A DNA stretch of 64,000 bases from an uncultured Gemmatimonadales bacterium. Its GTDB lineage: Bacteria > Gemmatimonadota > Gemmatimonadetes > Gemmatimonadales > GWC2-71-9. Position 1 is the first letter of the stretch; the number at the start of each line of letters is the position of its first letter. Position numbers and translations under genes: made by a program. The stretch lies in NCBI GenBank assembly GCA_963773095.1, contig CAVYZY010000008.1:86246-150245 (forward strand). Reading direction: 5' to 3'. Under the pieces are notes generated by a model that saw only the letters and a program-made list of their open reading frames with translations, had not been told where the DNA came from and did not search any database. Positions 8,995 to 20,494 of this stretch are shown in pieces.

Positions 8995-10239
8995 TTACTC
9001 GAATCGAAGCGCCTCGACTGGATCCAGGCGCGCGGCCCGGAACGCTGGATACAGCCCGAACAGGACGCCAGTGACCACCGAGGCCGCCAGCGACACCACA
9101 ACTGACCAGAGCGGCACGCTGGCTGGGATGGTTGAGGTCGACCGGATGCCGACCGCGATCAGGGCGCCGAGGGCGAGCCCGATGGCCCCACCCACGAGCG
9201 TCAGCGTCGCGGCTTCCACCAGGAACTGGAACATGATCTCGCGCTTCGTGGCACCGAGTGCCTTCCGCACCCCGATCTCCCGGGTGCGCTCCGTGACGGA
9301 GATCATCATGATGGCCACCACGCCCACGCCGCCGACCATCAGCCCCACGCCCGAGAGCGCCACCATGACGGCGAAAAAGCCGGCGGTGATGTTGTTGAAC
9401 GAGTCCAGGATCTTGTCCTGAGACAGCACGGCAAAATTGTTCTCCTGCATCGGCTTGAGCCCGCGCTTCGCGCGCAGCGCGGAGATGACTTCCTCCTGTG
9501 CCTCGAGGCTGGTGGCACTGGCCCTGGGGAGGACCGAGAAATCCATCCAGCCCTTCCAGTAGTCGGCCACCTTCACGAACGTGGTGTGGGGCATGGCCAT
9601 GCGCACCTGGTCTCCACCGCCGAAGAGCGATGCCGCCTCGACGTGCACCCCTACGATGTCGAAGGGCTCGCCGAACACCCTGATGCGCTTGCCGACCGGG
9701 TCGACCCCGCGCGGAAAAAGCCCCTCGGCCAGCTTGTCGTTGATCACGGCGACGTGCGCGCCGGCGGCATACTCCGCCGCGGTGAAGGTGCGGCCCGCCA
9801 CGATTTCGCCGCCGGTCACGAGCACCCAGCTTGCCCCGAGCCCCGCGATCTGGACGCCCTTCAGGTTGACGTCCTCGTAGCTGACCGGGCCGTTGGTGCC
9901 CTCGCTCACGGCGACGTCCTGTACCGTGGGCAGCTGGCGCACCAGTTCGGCGTCCTCGACCGTGATCCAGGGGTTCTTCCGCCATGGCGACAGTTCGTCC
10001 GAGCCATCGCTGATGTTGAGCCCGCCCTGGAAGAACCGCTGCACGAAGAATGTCTTGGGCCCGGCCGACTCGAGCATCGTGGTGATGCTGCGGTTGATGC
10101 CGGTGATGGCCGAGGCCATCGCGATCACCACCATGACGCCGATCGCGACACCCAGGATCGTGAGCCCGGCCCGGACCTTGTTGGACCGGATGGAGTCGAG
10201 GGCGATGCCGACGCCCTCCAGCGTGCGCTCGAAGTTCAT
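8995..10239 (-). CDS. MacB/FtsX-type ABC permease (paralog 2)
   Basis: MNFERTLEG start; RAGLTILGVAIGV; ERTREIGVRKALGA. Confidence 0.93.
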   Translation of the reverse strand: MNFERTLEGVGIALDSIRSNKVRAGLTILGVAIGVMVVIAMASAITGINRSITTMLESAGPKTFFVQRFFQGGLNISDGSDELSPWRKNPWITVEDAELVRQLPTVQDVAVSEGTNGPVSYEDVNLKGVQIAGLGASWVLVTGGEIVAGRTFTAAEYAAGAHVAVINDKLAEGLFPRGVDPVGKRIRVFGEPFDIVGVHVEAASLFGGGDQVRMAMPHTTFVKVADYWKGWMDFSVLPRASATSLEAQEEVISALRAKRGLKPMQENNFAVLSQDKILDSFNNITAGFFAVMVALSGVGLMVGGVGVVAIMMISVTERTREIGVRKALGATKREIMFQFLVEAATLTLVGGAIGLALGALIAVGIRSTSTIPASVPLWSVVVSLAASVVTGVLFGLYPAFRAARLDPVEALRFE

Positions 10240-10246
10240 CGCCGCC

Positions 10247-11487
10247 TCACTCGGCCCGGAGGGCCACAATCGGGTCCAGCTTGGCCGCGCGGTTGGCTGG
10301 GTAGATCCCTGCCACCATGCCGACCAGCACACCGACCACCACGCCGAGGACGATGGACCACGGCGCCACGGCCGCGGGGAGCGGCGTGACGGCGCGCACC
10401 ACGAAGGCGAGGCCGATGCCGAGGGCGATCCCCATCGCCGCCCCGACAGTCGAGAGCGTGGCGGATTCCACCACGAACTGCGCCAGCACGTCACGGCGCC
10501 GGGCGCCAAGCGCCTTCCGGATGCCGATCTCCCGGGTGCGCTCGGAGACGGACATGAGCATGATGTTCATGATCACGATGCCGCCGACGATCAGCGAAAT
10601 GGACACCAGCAGCGGCAGCGCCGTCATCAGGATCCGCGAGATCTTCGCCCAGCCCTCGAGCGCGGCCTCGGACGTCTGCAGGAAGAAGTTGTTGTCCTGG
10701 CCGGGCTTGAGGTGCCGGCGAGTGCGCATGCTCGCTTCCACCTCGCCCATCGCGACGGTCATGGTGCCCGGGCCGCTCGCCTGGATGATCAGGTGGTCCA
10801 GCACGTTGATCGGGCAGATATACCGGCGGGCCGGGGCGGTGAAGGGCATGATCACGAACTTGTCGAGCGAGAGCCCGAACAGCGTGCCCTGGCGCTCCAC
10901 GACGCCGATCACGCGATAGGGCAGGCCGTACATCGTCACTTCCTTGCCGATCGGGTCGATGCCCTTGAAGAGCTTCTCGGCCAGCTCGCTGCCGAGGACC
11001 AGCACCGGGAGCCCCAGCTGCATTTCCTGGGCGGCGAAGGGCCGTCCGGCGGTCAGCTTGTAAGTCTTGATGTCGAAGTAGGTCGGCTCGGTGCCTACCA
11101 GCTCGATGTCCTTGGCCGCCCGTCCGTCGTAGTTCACCGTGGCGCGGTCGGAACAGAAGTTGGCGTAGACCACCGGGGTCTTCACGTGCGCCTTGATGTA
11201 CGCGGCGTCATCGTAGCTGATGCGCGGACGCCGCGACCACTCGCGCCACATGTCGTCGGTGACGTTACCGCTGGTGAAATTGGGTCGCTGGCGCAGCTGG
11301 AAGGTGTTCAGGCCAATGAGCGAATTGGCGAACTTGTCTTCCATGTAGTTGTTCATGCCCGTCACGATGGACACGACGGCGATCAGGAAGGTGACCCCGA
11401 TCAGGACGCCGATGAGCGAGAAGAAGCTCTTGAGCTTCTGCGCGCGGATCGTCTTCAGCGCCAGGCGTACCGCTTCGAGCCAGGGCA

Positions 11488-11488
<1 letters not shown>
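10247..11488 (-). CDS. MacB/FtsX-type ABC permease (paralog 1)
   Basis: KSFFSLIGVLIGV; ERTREIGIRKALGA; PANRAAKLDP. Confidence 0.93.
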
Positions 11489-12185
<697 letters not shown>

Positions 12186-12189
<4 letters not shown>

Positions 12190-13526
12190 GAGCGCTTCGC
12201 CTCCTTCTTCATGTCGGGGGCCTTCGCCTCCTTCACCTTCGCGCCGTCCTTGAGGTCGCGGATGGCCTGGTAGGTGCCCGCCACGATGACCTCGTCGGTG
12301 CGCAGGCCGTCGAGCACCTCGAAGTACTCGTCGCCGGCGATGCCCACCTTGACCGGGCGGAACGTCGCGATCCCGTCGCGGACGACGAACACACCCTCCC
12401 GTTCCTTCTTCGGCTTGCCACCCTTGCCACTGTCGGGGCCGGCGGCCACCGACTTGCCCGCGGCGGCCGGGGTCGCCTTCACCTCACCCGCGGCGGCGGT
12501 GCTCTCGTTCGGCACGGCCTCGTGCTCCCGGACCGTCAGCGCGATGATCGGGATGGCGAGCACGTTGGCCCGCGTGTCGGTGACGATGCGCGCCGTGCAG
12601 CTCAGGTCGGGCCGCACGTCGCGCGGCGGTGCCGCAAGCGTGATCTCGACGTCGAAGTCCACCGCCCGGTCGTTGTTGCCACCCTGGCCCGAGGTCATCC
12701 CGGCAGTGAGCTTGGCACTGTTGCTGATCTTCGTCACCCGCCCGACGAAGGTGGTGTCGGGAAAGGCGTCGATAGTCACCTGCACCGAGTCGCCGGCGCT
12801 CACCCGTACCACGTCGGTCTCATCCACCTGCACCTTGGCGATGATCGTCGACATATCCGCAATCGTCATCAGCAGCCCGGTCTCCTTGGAGAACGTGCCA
12901 GGGACGGCCACTTCACCCTCTTCCACTGCCAGGCGCGTCACCCGGCCTGCGATCGGCGCAAAGAGCCGGGTACGCGCGAGGTTGTCCTGGGCTTCCTTGA
13001 GCGCCGCCCGAGCCTGGGCGACCTGGGCCTGGTTGGTCTGGTAGATCGCGACGCCGACGTCATAGGCCTGCTGGGCCTGCTCGACGGTCTCAGCCGAGAT
13101 CAGGTTCGGGTTCGTCTTCTGGAGGTCCTTGGCACGGTCGAGCTGCCGGAGTGCCTGGTCGCGGTTGGCCTGGGCCTGGATGAGCGAGGCCTGGCTCGAG
13201 GCGAGGAACGCCTGCCCGCGATTGACCGCACCCTCGAACTGGGCCGGGTCGATCTGGATCAGGAACTGGCCCTTGGTGACCAGGTCGCCTTCCTTGACCG
13301 CGATCTTGAGGATGCGGCCGGTGACGTCGGCACTGATGTCGACCTTGGTCTCGGCCTCGATCTTCCCGCTCGCGGTGACGGCGGCCACGAGGTCCTTGCG
13401 GCCCACCGGCTCCATCCGCACTTCGGTCGCCTTGTTCTTCACCTGCTGCTTCCTGAAGAAGACGCCACCCCCGCCGAGCGCGGCGAGGACTGCCACCGCG
13501 ATGCCGATCTTCATGCCACGTGACAT
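12186..13526 (-). CDS. Efflux periplasmic adaptor subunit (MacA/HlyD family)
   Basis: N-terminal TM, lipoyl half-motifs VKEGDLV and APIAGRV, coiled coil, VDETD. Confidence 0.92.
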
Positions 13527-13528
13527 GC

Positions 13529-14881
13529 TCAATTCCTTGCGTTGGTGTAGTCCCGGCCAATGCTCGCATACAGCGCGACCAGCGCCCGGTGGTTGTCATA
13601 GACCGCGTTGATGTAGGCGGCGTCGGCCCGCGTGACCGCATTGAGCGCGTCCGACAGCTCCAGCACGGTGCCGCTGCCGAGGCGATAGCGCTCGTTGGCG
13701 AGGGTGAGCTGCTCTCTCGCGGCGGTACGGCTCCGGTCCTGGATCGCCAAGGTCCGCCAAGTCGTGTTCACGGCCAGCACGCGGCTGGTCACGTCGGCCC
13801 GGATCTGCAGGTCGATGGACCGCAGGCGCTCAGCTGCATCCATCTGGTCCGCGCGCGCGCGCGTGACACGCGTGGTTCGGTTGAACCCCTGGAAGATGGG
13901 CAGCTCTACCCGCAAGCCGTACGCAATGGGGTTGTTCGTGAAATCGAATGGGAAGCTGCTGAGAGTGTCCGAGCCCACATCGTTCGTAAAACCGCCCTTG
14001 ACGGCAGACGCTGACAGGGTCGGGAAGTAGGCCGACTTCGCCGACTTGAGCGTGGCCTGTGCTGCGGCCTCCCGGGCCTCGAGCGCCTTGATCCGAGGCT
14101 GGTTGTCCCGTGCCTCGGCAAGCAGGGCCTCGAGGTCGAACTGCGGCTCGCGGACCGGGAACGAATCGCTCAGCGCCACCTCCTGCACCGGGGCCGGAGG
14201 ATTCACGCCCATACGGCGGAAGAGTTCGATCTTGGTGTCCTGCTCCAACTGCAGCGAGCGCAACAGGTCCACCTCTGAACCGTTGAACGCCACTTCGGCC
14301 TGGCGCACGTCGTACATGGAGGCCTGCCCTACCCGGTTCCGCGCGGTCGTGAGCACGAGGAACTCGCTGTTGCGCCGCACCTGCTGGCGCGCCACGTCGG
14401 TGGTCGCTGCGGCCTGCATGCCGTTCAGGTACTGGGTCACCACGTCTGCGTCGATGGCGATCCGGGCGCTGTTGACGTCGGCCTCCACGGCACGCCTGTT
14501 TGCCTTGGCCTGCGACGTTCCGTAAAACATCGGGCCGCTCAGCGCCCAGTCAAAGGAAATGTTATACCGCGACTGCGACAGCGACGGCTGGGGCACCGAC
14601 ACACCGGCGACAACTACCTGTGTGCCATTTATCCAGTTTGCGCTGGCGTTCGCCGAGACAAACGGAATGAACTGTCCCCAAGCGTTGCGCACTCCCGCGT
14701 TGGCCGGTGCCACCTGGTTCTGCGCGATCCGGTAGTCCGGGTTGTTCTGCCGCGCCTGGGCCACCGCGTCGCCCAGGGCGAGCGTCGTCGTGATCTGCGG
14801 CTTGGCGACCATCGTCGTATCCTGCGCCTGGAGCGGCGCGGCGGCTAGAGCAGCCAAGGCAAGAAAATGCCACCGGGACAT
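13529..14881 (-). CDS. TolC family outer membrane channel
   Basis: Signal peptide; NNPD, YFPTLS, LPIFQG, RYRLGSGT motifs; first gene of the efflux operon. Confidence 0.9.
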   Translation of the reverse strand: MSRWHFLALAALAAAPLQAQDTTMVAKPQITTTLALGDAVAQARQNNPDYRIAQNQVAPANAGVRNAWGQFIPFVSANASANWINGTQVVVAGVSVPQPSLSQSRYNISFDWALSGPMFYGTSQAKANRRAVEADVNSARIAIDADVVTQYLNGMQAAATTDVARQQVRRNSEFLVLTTARNRVGQASMYDVRQAEVAFNGSEVDLLRSLQLEQDTKIELFRRMGVNPPAPVQEVALSDSFPVREPQFDLEALLAEARDNQPRIKALEAREAAAQATLKSAKSAYFPTLSASAVKGGFTNDVGSDTLSSFPFDFTNNPIAYGLRVELPIFQGFNRTTRVTRARADQMDAAERLRSIDLQIRADVTSRVLAVNTTWRTLAIQDRSRTAAREQLTLANERYRLGSGTVLELSDALNAVTRADAAYINAVYDNHRALVALYASIGRDYTNARN

Positions 14882-14930
14882 GTCGCTTCCTTCCGTTCGA
14901 TTTCGTCGAAGTGCTGCAGATGGCCCCACT

Positions 14931-14957
14931 TACGATAGGGCAACGGACTTGGTTTCA
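14931..14957 (-). promoter_or_regulatory. Putative ECF sigma promoter for the tolC-macAB operon
   Basis: Minus strand TGAAAC-N17-CGTA about 50 nt upstream of the tolC ATG. Confidence 0.5.
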
Positions 14958-14970
14958 ATCTGAGACAGCC

Positions 14971-15015
14971 GCTGAAACGAAAAGTCCGTACATCCGGTGT
15001 ACCGGATGTACGGAC
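14971..15015 (-). terminator. Intrinsic terminator after the 15044-15697 gene
   Basis: Perfect inverted repeat GTCCGTACATCCGGT/ACCGGATGTACGGAC (14984-15015) followed on the minus strand by TTTTCGTTT. Confidence 0.75.
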
Positions 15016-15043
15016 AACAACTTAGGAGGTTTCGCCGGAAAGG

Positions 15044-15697
15044 CTACGAAGGCAATCTAGTAACGGTTATGCCGGATTGGGGCAGGTCCATCCGGTCCAC
15101 ATGGCCATTCGCGTCCAGTTGCATCCGCCCGTTGAGGTCGCCAGTGAGTTCCACCACGGTGCCGCGGGGCCCACCCTCGACGCGCCGCGCAGTAATGTTT
15201 GCCCGCTGACCTGTGCGCGGGTACACGGCGGTGACGCGTGTCCCCCCGGTCGTGGCCAGGTCGGCCACCAGCAGCAGCAACGCCTGCAACTGCTCGTCGA
15301 GCAGGATGACGCCGGGTCCTCCCGGCATTTCCTTGCCGCCACGTGTGCCCTGCGCGCTGCTGAGCGTGACGTAGATGCGGTTGCCGCGCTGGGCAGCGCG
15401 AAAGGTCTCGGTGGCGGCGCCCCGGCGCACTTCCAGCTGCAACTGGTCGAGCGCGCCATCATTGCCACGGGTGAGGGTGCCCCGCAGGGTTTCCTGGCTT
15501 GTCGGGAACTTGCCCTCGAACTCGAGCCGAAGCGCCGACGTGCCGCCCCCGGTCGCGCTGCTCTGGAGGACGACGTGTTCGGTGCCGATGTCCTTTCCGC
15601 GCTGCTGCACGGAGTAAGTGGCCTCAAATACGACCTGCGCGGGCAGCGACGCCGGAATGCTAAGTGCTGCGGCAGCAAGCAGGTGGCGCATATTCAT
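15044..15697 (-). CDS. Exported hypothetical protein (beta-strand rich)
   Basis: Signal peptide ending LPA-Q; ATGA overlap with the upstream gene. Confidence 0.7.
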   Translation of the reverse strand: MNMRHLLAAAALSIPASLPAQVVFEATYSVQQRGKDIGTEHVVLQSSATGGGTSALRLEFEGKFPTSQETLRGTLTRGNDGALDQLQLEVRRGAATETFRAAQRGNRIYVTLSSAQGTRGGKEMPGGPGVILLDEQLQALLLLVADLATTGGTRVTAVYPRTGQRANITARRVEGGPRGTVVELTGDLNGRMQLDANGHVDRMDLPQSGITVTRLPS

Positions 15698-16377
15698 CCG
15701 ACCTCCGTGAGAGCCGCGTCCACGAGGTGCAGAATCCGTTCCAGAACGGAGTGATACAGGTCACCGGCACGTTCCCGGGTGGCGCGGCGCGCGCCCCGCA
15801 TGAACGCGTCGCTGCTGGCTGATGCTTCCTGCATCGCAGCGTCGCTGGTCACGAGTTCCGGCGCAATGTGCAGCAGCAGGGAGGTGGTGAGTTCTCCGGC
15901 GCGCTCCAGCGCGCCGGTGGTGAGCAACTCCGACCCGTGGTCGAGTCCGAGGACGTCATATGTGTAGAGTTGCGCATGCTCGGTGCGCACCGTGCTGAGA
16001 GCCTCCATCTGGGCATCGCTCGACCCGGCAGCGAGCACGACGAATCGTCGAATCCCTGCACCGTCCTCCCACGAGTCGATAAGTTCGTTCATGACCCGAT
16101 GGAGCGTCTTGCGCCGGAGTGCGACACCGCCGTCCCGCGCGTGGGCGACCGGGTACACGCTGTACTCGAGCACCGGCGCGCGAACAAGGCGCCGGGCGGC
16201 GGACACATCATCGGCGAGGCGGTCGACCACGATGGTGTCGGAACCCAGCGGCAGGCGGGAGCCCAACGCGGCAATGCCGCCAACCGGTACGATCAGGGTC
16301 GGCCGCTCCCGCAGCAGCGTGCGTGCGGCATCAGGCGTCATCTCCCTCAACCGCCAGGGTCGTCCTTGATCGGTCAT
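15694..16377 (-). CDS. Creatininase-family protein with degenerate active site
   Basis: IVPVGG...LPLGSD...AP.LEY...AGELTTS fold pattern; metal ligands largely missing; start could be 16341. Confidence 0.7.
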   Translation of the reverse strand: MTDQGRPWRLREMTPDAARTLLRERPTLIVPVGGIAALGSRLPLGSDTIVVDRLADDVSAARRLVRAPVLEYSVYPVAHARDGGVALRRKTLHRVMNELIDSWEDGAGIRRFVVLAAGSSDAQMEALSTVRTEHAQLYTYDVLGLDHGSELLTTGALERAGELTTSLLLHIAPELVTSDAAMQEASASSDAFMRGARRATRERAGDLYHSVLERILHLVDAALTEVG

Positions 16378-19300
16378 CCGGTTCGCTGGTGGAGGTTTGC
16401 CCTCGGCGCCACGGTGCTCTGTGGCACCGAGTGGCTTCACGCTTTCGAGCGGCCCTGGGCCTGGGCGGCCGGCATCGGCGCGCTTGGCACCATGTTCCTG
16501 CTGTTTCCCGCCCGTGACTGGCCGCGGCGCGGGCTCGTGGTGTCGCTGGCGCTGCTCGCCCTCGTCATTCCGCTCACTCAGCGCAGCCTCGACCGCATCG
16601 ACCGGGACTGGGATGGCGAGCACGGTGAGCGCGAGGCGCTCGTCAAGGCCGCTGGTGACCGCCTGGGTGGCGACCTGCATTCCGCCTTCCAGCTCACGCA
16701 GCAGCTGGCCGACGTGGGCGCTGCGGCGGCGCTGGGCAACCGCGATGCCGCCTTCCGGATCCTGGCGCAGGCAACCCGCTCCCAGCGGCTCGAATCGGGC
16801 ATCGCCATTCTCGAGGCCGACGGGACGCCCTGGGCGTGGTCCGGCAGTCACCGCCTTCCGCCGCGCGTGGCGGGGGATTCGATCGCGTCGGCGAGCAGCC
16901 AATACTACGTGACGCTCGAGAGTCGCCGCCACTCCGGTCGGGCGCGGGTCGCGGTCGCCAACGTGCTCGTCTGGGCGCATCCGGCGGTGCCCGACGTTTC
17001 CGGCAGCCTGGCGGAGCGCTTTCGCGAGAGGACCGATGTGGCGCTCGCCGTCTATCGCACGGACAGTGCGCCGGATAACCGCGACGTGTTCGACTACTGC
17101 GAACCGACGACCGCCGGGCGCCGCTGTCTCTTCAGCGCGCAGCCGATCCCGCCGCAGCAGGCGGACGCGCGTGCTCTCGAGGTGTCCCGGGGCGGGCGCG
17201 CCGCCGCGATTGCCTTGCTGCTGGTCCTGGCGCTGGGCCTGCTGGTCGAGCAGGCGTCTGCGGGGCGATGGATGCTCGCCGTGATCGCCGTCTGGCTCAC
17301 TGTCCATGCGCCAGTGGGCTCGCTGCTCGGCGCGAGTGACCTCTTCTCTCCGGCGTCGTACCTGTTCAATCCCCTGGTCCCGCTCACGAGTTCCGCCGGC
17401 ACCCTCGGGCTCGGTGGTGCGCTCCTCACCATGGGGGCGGTGTGGCTCTGGCGGCGCCGGCTTCCGCGGCGATGGTGGAGCCTGCTCGCCGGGATCGGAA
17501 TGTTCTTCGCGATTCCGTTCGCCATCGTCGAACTGAGCAGTGGCATCACGCCGCCGCCCGAAGGGGCATCGCTGGGGCTTTGGCTCACCTGGCAGATGGC
17601 GCTGTTCCTCGTTGCGACCGGGCCCATCGTGCTCGCGGCCGCGCTCCTGCGGGGCGACGCCGAGCCCCGCCGAACCGGGTGGTGGTCGTGGCTGGGCGTG
17701 GCGACCGCAATCTTCGCCGCCATCGTGGGGCTGTACATCTGGCAGCCATCCTCCGAATGGCCGCGCTGGTTCCCGCTGCTGTGGGCGCCGGTGCTGCTGG
17801 TGGCGAGCCTGCCCCTGCCGACGGGCCAGGCCGTCGTGAGCATTGCGCTGGCGGCCGGCAGTCTCTCCTCGCTCTTCACGTGGCAGGCGGAGCATCGTGG
17901 CCGCATGCTCCAGGCGCAACGCGAGGTGTTCCGGCTGGGGAGCGAGACGGACCCGGTCGCGCCGGCGCTGCTCGACCTCTTCGGCAACGCGGTACGGCAA
18001 GCGCCGCCACCCGCCACGGCGACGGAACTCTATGCGCTGTGGCGCACGTCGGTGCTCGCGGACCAGGGCTATCCCGCCCGACTGGCACTGTGGACCCAGG
18101 GTGTCGGCTGGGGGGCGGAGCTGTCACTCGACTCACTCGAAGTCGGGCGGCTGGCGCTCGACTCCCTGCTGTCAACCGTGCCGCGACCCGACACGGTCGT
18201 CACCATCATGGCACCGCCGGGTCTTCACTACATGCTCGCGACCCCGCTGGCAGAGGGGAGTCTGCTGGTCACGGTGATCGGCCCACAGACACAGTTGATC
18301 ACGCCCAGCCGTCTCGGGCGCCTGCTCGAGCCGACCGTGCACCGGCCGCCAACCTATGTGCTCGCCCTGTCGCCACCGATGGCGCAGGCGGCCCCGACGG
18401 CGACACTGCGCTGGCAGCGCGAAGGCTGGGTGCTTCGCGCCGCGCGGACCCTGTCGGTCTCCGGCGCGACGCGCGAGGTCTACGTGCAGACCGCGCTGCG
18501 CGGCCCGGTACCGCTCATGGTGCGGGGTGCGGTACTCCTGCTGATCGATATCCTGGTGCTGGCGCTCGTGTGGCTGATGGCCGACTACTGCGGGCGATTT
18601 CCGGTGCGCGTCGGGCCATGGCGCACGGCGGCGCGCTCCTTCCGTGTCCGGCTTGCCGTCACCCTTGCGCTCTTCTTCCTCGTCCCGGCGGTCGGCTTCT
18701 CGGTGTGGGGCATCCAGCGCATCGCCCTGGACACCGCACGCGTCACCGACGCCCTCATCAGTGGCACGCTGCGCGACGCCCTCCGCAGCTCCGGTGTGCT
18801 CGCGACGCGGGACTCGGCCTACGGCGCCCACGAGCTCGAGGCACTGGGCCAGCGCATGGACGCCGACTTCGGGCTGTACGGCGGCGGCCGGCTCAACTCG
18901 GCCAGCGCGCGCATCCTGCAGGATCTCGGCGTGCTGGGAGAGCTGATGGACCCGGACGCGTTCCGGCAGCTCGCCTTCGGCGGACAGCTCGAGGTGACCC
19001 GGAACGGACCACTGCCCACGCTCGCCGAGCGCGTCGGGTACCGGCTGCTGCTCCCCGGCTCTCCGTCACACCTCGGCGTGCTGGCGACACCGCGTCGCGT
19101 GGGCGAACTGTCCACGGACTCGCAACAGGATCTCGCCATGGCGGTGCTGCTGGTGCTGCTGCTCGGGCTCGCGGCGGCGCTGCAGGGTGCGCAGTCGGTC
19201 GCGCGCGCGCTGTCGCGTCCCGTCGCCGACCTGCGCCGCGCGGCGCTGGCACTGGGTGAAGGCAAGCCGGCACCGCTGCAGGAGCGCAGTCCACCGAGCG

Positions 19301-20358
19301 AGTTCGAGCCGGTCTTCGGTGCCTTCAACCGGATGGCCGCCGACGTGCGCGCGAGCCGCGAGGCACTCGAGGCGGCGAGGCGGCGCACCGAGACCGTCCT
19401 CGCCACGGTGGCGACCGGGGTGATCGCGGTGGACGCCGGCGGCCGGGTGCTGCTCGCGAACCGGCAGGCGGAACAGTTGCTTGGTGTGCGCCTGCGCGAG
19501 GGCGTTCAGCTGCGCGGTCACTTGAGGGAGGAGTGGACGCCGCTGGTGACGCAGGTGGAAGAGGCGCTGGCCGGCCTGGCGTCGGCGGAGGTGCCGACGG
19601 AGCACACCGTGGGGGGACGGCGGGTGAGCGCGCAGCATGCCAGGCTGGCCGGGCCCCTTGGGGGCGTGGTCGTGGCGCTCACCGATGTCACCGACATGTC
19701 GAGGGCCGAGCGCGTGCTCGCGTGGGGCGAGATGGCGCGGCAGGTAGCACACGAGATCAAGAACCCCCTCACGCCCATGCGCCTCGGCATGCAGCATCTG
19801 CAGCGCGCGTGGCAGGACGGGCGCAGCGACTACGATCGCGTGCTGACGGAGACGTCGGAGCGCATGCTGGGCGAGATCGACCGGCTCGATCGCATTGCGC
19901 GCGCCTTCAGTCGCTTCGCGGCACCGGGCGATGGCGAGGACCCGCTCGAGCCGATCGACATTGTGGCGGTGGTGCGCGAGGTGGTGCAGCTCTATACCCT
20001 GTCGGACGCGGGCGCGCGCGTGGAACTGCATGCACCGCAGGCGCTGACCGGGCGGGCGCGGCCCGACGAGCTCAAGGAGGTGCTGGTGAACGTACTGGAG
20101 AACGCGCGCAACGCCGGCGCGCACCGGGTGCAGGTATCGATTGAACCCGGACGTGTCGTCGTGGAGGACGACGGCTCGGGCATCTCCGCGGAGACATTGC
20201 CGCGGGTATTCGAGCCGCAGTTCTCCACCACCACCAGCGGGTCGGGGCTCGGTCTCTCGATCGTGAGGCGACTGGTGGAAAGCTGGGGCGGAGCGGTGGC
20301 GATCAGCAGTGCAGAGGGGCAGGGCACAACCGTCACGATCCGGTACGTGCCCGCCTGA
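16366..20358 (+). CDS. Large multi-TM sensor histidine kinase (NtrY-like: HAMP, PAS, HisKA, HATPase)
   Basis: AWGEMARQVAHEIKNPLTP, N box NVLENA, DDGSG, GSGLGL; start codon uncertain (TTG 16366). Confidence 0.88.
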   Translation: MIGHPVRWWRFALGATVLCGTEWLHAFERPWAWAAGIGALGTMFLLFPARDWPRRGLVVSLALLALVIPLTQRSLDRIDRDWDGEHGEREALVKAAGDRLGGDLHSAFQLTQQLADVGAAAALGNRDAAFRILAQATRSQRLESGIAILEADGTPWAWSGSHRLPPRVAGDSIASASSQYYVTLESRRHSGRARVAVANVLVWAHPAVPDVSGSLAERFRERTDVALAVYRTDSAPDNRDVFDYCEPTTAGRRCLFSAQPIPPQQADARALEVSRGGRAAAIALLLVLALGLLVEQASAGRWMLAVIAVWLTVHAPVGSLLGASDLFSPASYLFNPLVPLTSSAGTLGLGGALLTMGAVWLWRRRLPRRWWSLLAGIGMFFAIPFAIVELSSGITPPPEGASLGLWLTWQMALFLVATGPIVLAAALLRGDAEPRRTGWWSWLGVATAIFAAIVGLYIWQPSSEWPRWFPLLWAPVLLVASLPLPTGQAVVSIALAAGSLSSLFTWQAEHRGRMLQAQREVFRLGSETDPVAPALLDLFGNAVRQAPPPATATELYALWRTSVLADQGYPARLALWTQGVGWGAELSLDSLEVGRLALDSLLSTVPRPDTVVTIMAPPGLHYMLATPLAEGSLLVTVIGPQTQLITPSRLGRLLEPTVHRPPTYVLALSPPMAQAAPTATLRWQREGWVLRAARTLSVSGATREVYVQTALRGPVPLMVRGAVLLLIDILVLALVWLMADYCGRFPVRVGPWRTAARSFRVRLAVTLALFFLVPAVGFSVWGIQRIALDTARVTDALISGTLRDALRSSGVLATRDSAYGAHELEALGQRMDADFGLYGGGRLNSASARILQDLGVLGELMDPDAFRQLAFGGQLEVTRNGPLPTLAERVGYRLLLPGSPSHLGVLATPRRVGELSTDSQQDLAMAVLLVLLLGLAAALQGAQSVARALSRPVADLRRAALALGEGKPAPLQERSPPSEFEPVFGAFNRMAADVRASREALEAARRRTETVLATVATGVIAVDAGGRVLLANRQAEQLLGVRLREGVQLRGHLREEWTPLVTQVEEALAGLASAEVPTEHTVGGRRVSAQHARLAGPLGGVVVALTDVTDMSRAERVLAWGEMARQVAHEIKNPLTPMRLGMQHLQRAWQDGRSDYDRVLTETSERMLGEIDRLDRIARAFSRFAAPGDGEDPLEPIDIVAVVREVVQLYTLSDAGARVELHAPQALTGRARPDELKEVLVNVLENARNAGAHRVQVSIEPGRVVVEDDGSGISAETLPRVFEPQFSTTTSGSGLGLSIVRRLVESWGGAVAISSAEGQGTTVTIRYVPA

Positions 20359-20494
20359 AGGCAGCGATGCCCAGAATGAGAGCGGGCCTTCCCGCTACAA
20401 GCGTCACGGCGCGATTGGCTGCCGCAAGCGCTCGCAAGTGCCCGCGTGCGCGCAATCGGTACCGTGGTACGCGCCGCTCGCCGTACCATGCCAC

